Shown here piece after piece: positions 60,747-64,000 of a stretch of 64,000 nucleotides of DNA. Numbering within the stretch: position 1 is the stretch's first letter; the number at the start of each line of letters is the position of its first letter. Made by a program: the position numbers and the translations under genes. The notes under the pieces are model-generated. The model searched no databases. It saw only the letters and a list, made by a program, of their open reading frames with translations, and was not told where the DNA came from. Origin of the DNA: Moniliella sp. 'wahieum' (Eukaryota); the NCBI GenBank assembly GCA_003971905.1, contig RSEE01000044.1, positions 310,001 to 374,000 of the forward strand, given 5' to 3'.

Positions 60747-63700
60747 TCATACCTCAACCTCAACCTGATACTTGACACTTGATACGTGACAGCTACGCGG
60801 AGTCGGCCTCCGACGGCGCCACCTGAGCCTGCACCGTGCTAGCAGGGGCTTAGCGTTGCGAGCCGGGCGAAGGGCACGGGAGGCGGACCGTTGTGGGCGT
60901 TTGGGCGTCGCAGTGATAGGAGGGGAAGGTGTGGCGGCAGTGGTGGGAGTGGTGGGCGTGGTGGGAGTGGTAGGTCGGTCGGGGAGAGTGGCAATGAAGC
61001 TCAAGGGCCGGTTGCGGGCCGGACGACGGAAGGGGTAGCAGTAGCAGTAGCAGTAGAAGGCTCGGGCGTCTTGCTGATCGAAGTACCGTTCGGAGCTGTG
61101 TCCGTTGCCGTGGCTGGGTTGGAAGAGTGGTCGTACGATTCGGCTTCGGCAAATGCATCGGAGCTTTCCCCGTCCGACTGCTCCGACTGCTCCGACTGCT
61201 CCGCAGGCACTGGGGCCGGGGTGGGTGCGGCGGAAAACAGATACTCTTGCCGGGTTTGAGCTTCTTCTTGATCCTGTTGCGTTTCCTGTACCGTCTCATC
61301 CTCATCCTGTTGCGTTTCCTGTGCCGTGTTGTGCGACGTCGGTTCGCGTGAGGGAGGCATACTGGAGATCCGACGGGAAATGATCGCAAATGCATCTGTC
61401 GTGCTCTCTTCCGCCTCGTCCGTATCGTACTCAGCCGCCAAGAGTCGATGCTATGCCTCGTGCTAGGACCCGACTCTGATGCAGCCTTGGATCCCTGGCG
61501 CTCCAACTCCTCGTCATCCAGGTCATCATCGTCCGTGCCTAAGTGCAGGCTTTCCCTCCGAGCCACCGGCACAGCAATCTTTTGTTGGTGGTTGGGCTCA
61601 GTAGCCATTGTCGCTGTCTTGGGCTCCTCAACCTCAACCTCATCCTCTTCCTTCTCCTTCTTCTTCTCCTCATCTTCTTCAGGTAGCTGCTTGGCGAACA
61701 AACGACCCGGAGTGAAAGACCGCCCAACGGAGGTGGACGTCGATGTCGATGTTTGCCCTGTTTCCCCAGGTAGCAGTCCCAAGCCTGAAGCAGGAGTGCC
61801 CGAGCGCCCGCTCCACATCGAGTCTAGCAACAACTCGGTAGCTGTCTTGCGCCTCGACTTCTTGACTGTTTGGAAATCAGGTTCATCGGGTTGACTACTC
61901 AAGCGCTCATCGTTCTGCTCATCGTTCTGCTCATCGTTCTGCTGGTCGTTCTGCTCATCCCCTCGTGCCAGGTCGGTCTCGTCGTTGAGCTTACCCTCCT
62001 TGGCGTCAATAGTACGGGCGATTCGGGCCGGTTCCTCCTCCGCCGACCCCTTACGAAAATTTACCGCCGAAGTAACAGTGGACGTGGACTCTTTCCCCTC
62101 AAACTTCTCCGTTGCTGAGGGATGGGGCGCGTCGGGCGCTGCAGCAGGCTCCTCAGCTTGGTCGGCCGTCTGAACAGGGACGACATCTTCCGAAGCAGAC
62201 TGGATCGAGTCCTGTTGCGCAAGATCGGACGACTGCGCCGCATCCTTTCCTACAGGTGCGGTGCTTGTACTTGTTTGTGTTTGTGCTTGTGTCTAGTTCA
62301 AGGTCCGTCTTGGCATCGACACCTTTCGCTTTGATGCTGTTGTCCGTCGAGTCGGGTGCAGGAAAGCTCTGAGGTAGCCTCGAGGTTGGCACCTTTCGAA
62401 GTAGTCTGCTCTAGCTTGTCATCCTCTTGCTCAGGGGTCTTCTTGTCCTGGCCCAGGGGGAACATGCCGGCCGGACTGGACGTATAGGGAGGAGGCGAAT
62501 CAAGATCGAGAGGCTTGAGGGTCCCGTGCTTTCCTGCGAGGGGGAGCGCTTCAAGGGCGGCAGAGAGACCGCTTTGGCATCTGGCAATGGACCGGGCGCA
62601 ATAAAGCGAGTGGATCCCATCGGTGGCAGAGTGGCAGGAGCGACAAAGCGGTGTCCGGCCTTGGTGCGGTAATCGCCTCGGCCCGCTTGACAGCACCGGG
62701 ATGACGTGGCGGCGGTGGCAAGGACCAAATAGTCTTTGTGAATTGCGTCAAGCCGCTCATCCTCTTCGTCTTGGATGCCCGCTTGTTCCATAAAGTCAAG
62801 TTGTTCGGGTGTAGGCGGTAAACGGAGCCGCTCACCGTCGTCCAGACCAAAGGTCCGCCATTTTCCGTCGTCGCACTGTCGTCGAGCCGATCTTGATCGA
62901 GGATGCACTGTCGTGGACTGAGCCGATGGTCGAGGCTGTGTCAGTATCAACCATGCTGGCCTGGGACGAACTGCTTTGCGATGACAGGTGGGCCAGAGAC
63001 GCGTTATCCAGTTCCTTGGGTACACGTAAATCTGACATGGTTGCTTGGGCCTGTCCCGTCTCAGCTGCGGCCAGGGCGTCGTAGAGCTGACGCGCCTCGA
63101 CGGGCTTGCGTACTTTTCCTTCCAACACATCTCGACCGGTCAGACCGGCCAATGGTACACCCTTTCGTTCTCATCAAAACGCGTGAGGTAGACCATAGCC
63201 ATGCCCTCGAGACCAGCATAGAACCCACGGTTGCGAGTATACGAGAACAAAGGGGCAGGAGGTTTGGCAATTTTCCTCTTCTCTCCCTCGGAACTTGCAT
63301 CTTGGAATTACTCCAGTCCACTCCGTTGACACTCATATCCATAGCAGCGCCCGTACCTACCGGCCAGCTGCAATCGCAGTCTCGGCGCCCAGAGTGACCT
63401 TGTGTGTTTTGAATCCCTCGAGAGCAGTGGGAGACATGATGAGCAACACCACATCGTAAACATCGACACCAAACATGAGTCCTGCTGTAGCGTTCTGTGG
63501 TGTGATAAAGAAGGACCGGACCAGGAGCCATCGGGAAGACGAGCCATGACGATGCCCGAGCCGCCGAGCCCCCAAAGGGTGCTATGCCACTGCGCATCGA
63601 GGTGTAGATAGCAATTCCACACGCCTTTTTGAACACATCAGGAGGAATCTTGTGCGTCGGGCGAGGTTAGTGGTGACAAGACAAAAGACGCGGGAGGAGG

Positions 63701-64000
63701 ACGAACCTTGCGATGATTTTGACCTTCTTGATCTTCTTGGTGATCTTTTGGGTGCGTGTTTCGCTCGGAGCCAGTTTGGCAGCTTGCTCCTTGGTCATGG
63801 GTTGGCCGTCGGGACCTACGGTCTGCTCCTGACGACGACCTTGCCGTTGGGGTCGTCATCAGCGACGACTTGCTCTTCCTCGCGAACAAAGCCCTGTTGG
63901 GTAAAGCCATTGAGGATGCGAGTGCACTTGGCAATCTCCTCGACGTAGTCGCCCGAGCTGGGCCAGAAGCGCTCGTTGCCGAGCTTGTGGCTTGCTGCAT
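60747..64000 (-). CDS. Ysc84/SYLF-domain protein with a long acidic low-complexity tail; 5' end outside the window, 3' end uncertain
   Basis: CGIAIYTSMRSGIAPFGG, GSGIVMARLPDGSWSGPS, GLMFGVDVYDVVLLI, VTLGAETAIAAG, SYTRNRGFYAGLEG, RFDENERVY and LYDAL. Confidence 0.85.

Noticed and set aside
1..64000. Mass pseudogenisation or programmed frameshifting of RPL2, VMA2, NIC96, SSD1, ACP1 and others
   Set aside because: Indels hit essential genes uniformly, often at homopolymers, while amino-acid motifs remain intact. This is typical of unpolished long-read error.

Overview
Eukaryotic (fungal) genomic DNA. Gene content, GT-AG introns with CTRAC branch sites and intron-poor, GC-rich genes suggest a basidiomycete, possibly Ustilaginomycotina (inference). 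Almost every conserved gene has single-base frameshifts, often at homopolymers. I read these as unpolished long-read assembly errors, so gene coordinates are stitched across frames and approximate. About 1-33 kb and 49-64 kb are gene-dense: PUS3/DEG1, RPB6, PacC/RIM101, VMA2, an F-box protein, mitochondrial ACP, TOM5, RPL2, an FSH1-like hydrolase, NIC96, SSD1, tRNA-Leu(AAG), a secreted two-domain expansin/RlpA-like protein, SCS2/VAP, an NDUFA4-like subunit, a Ysc84/SYLF protein and two low-complexity hypotheticals. About 33-48.9 kb is a visibly AT-richer desert with no intact gene. It holds a decayed RecQ-type helicase, two convergent 3' ends of a CRE/Cnl1-like non-LTR retrotransposon (one with an inverted RT segment, next to a degenerate tRNA), a possible KDZ CxC2 fragment and a dispersed repeat. 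The most unusual signals are (i) intergenic 7-bp-period arrays, many built from a 6-bp palindrome plus one base and able to fold back, (ii) an internal RecQ + CRE block resembling a subtelomere or centromere relic, (iii) a twin-priming-like inversion and (iv) a retroelement remnant with an integrase-like motif upstream of its protease motif. All calls are by eye; no searches were run.
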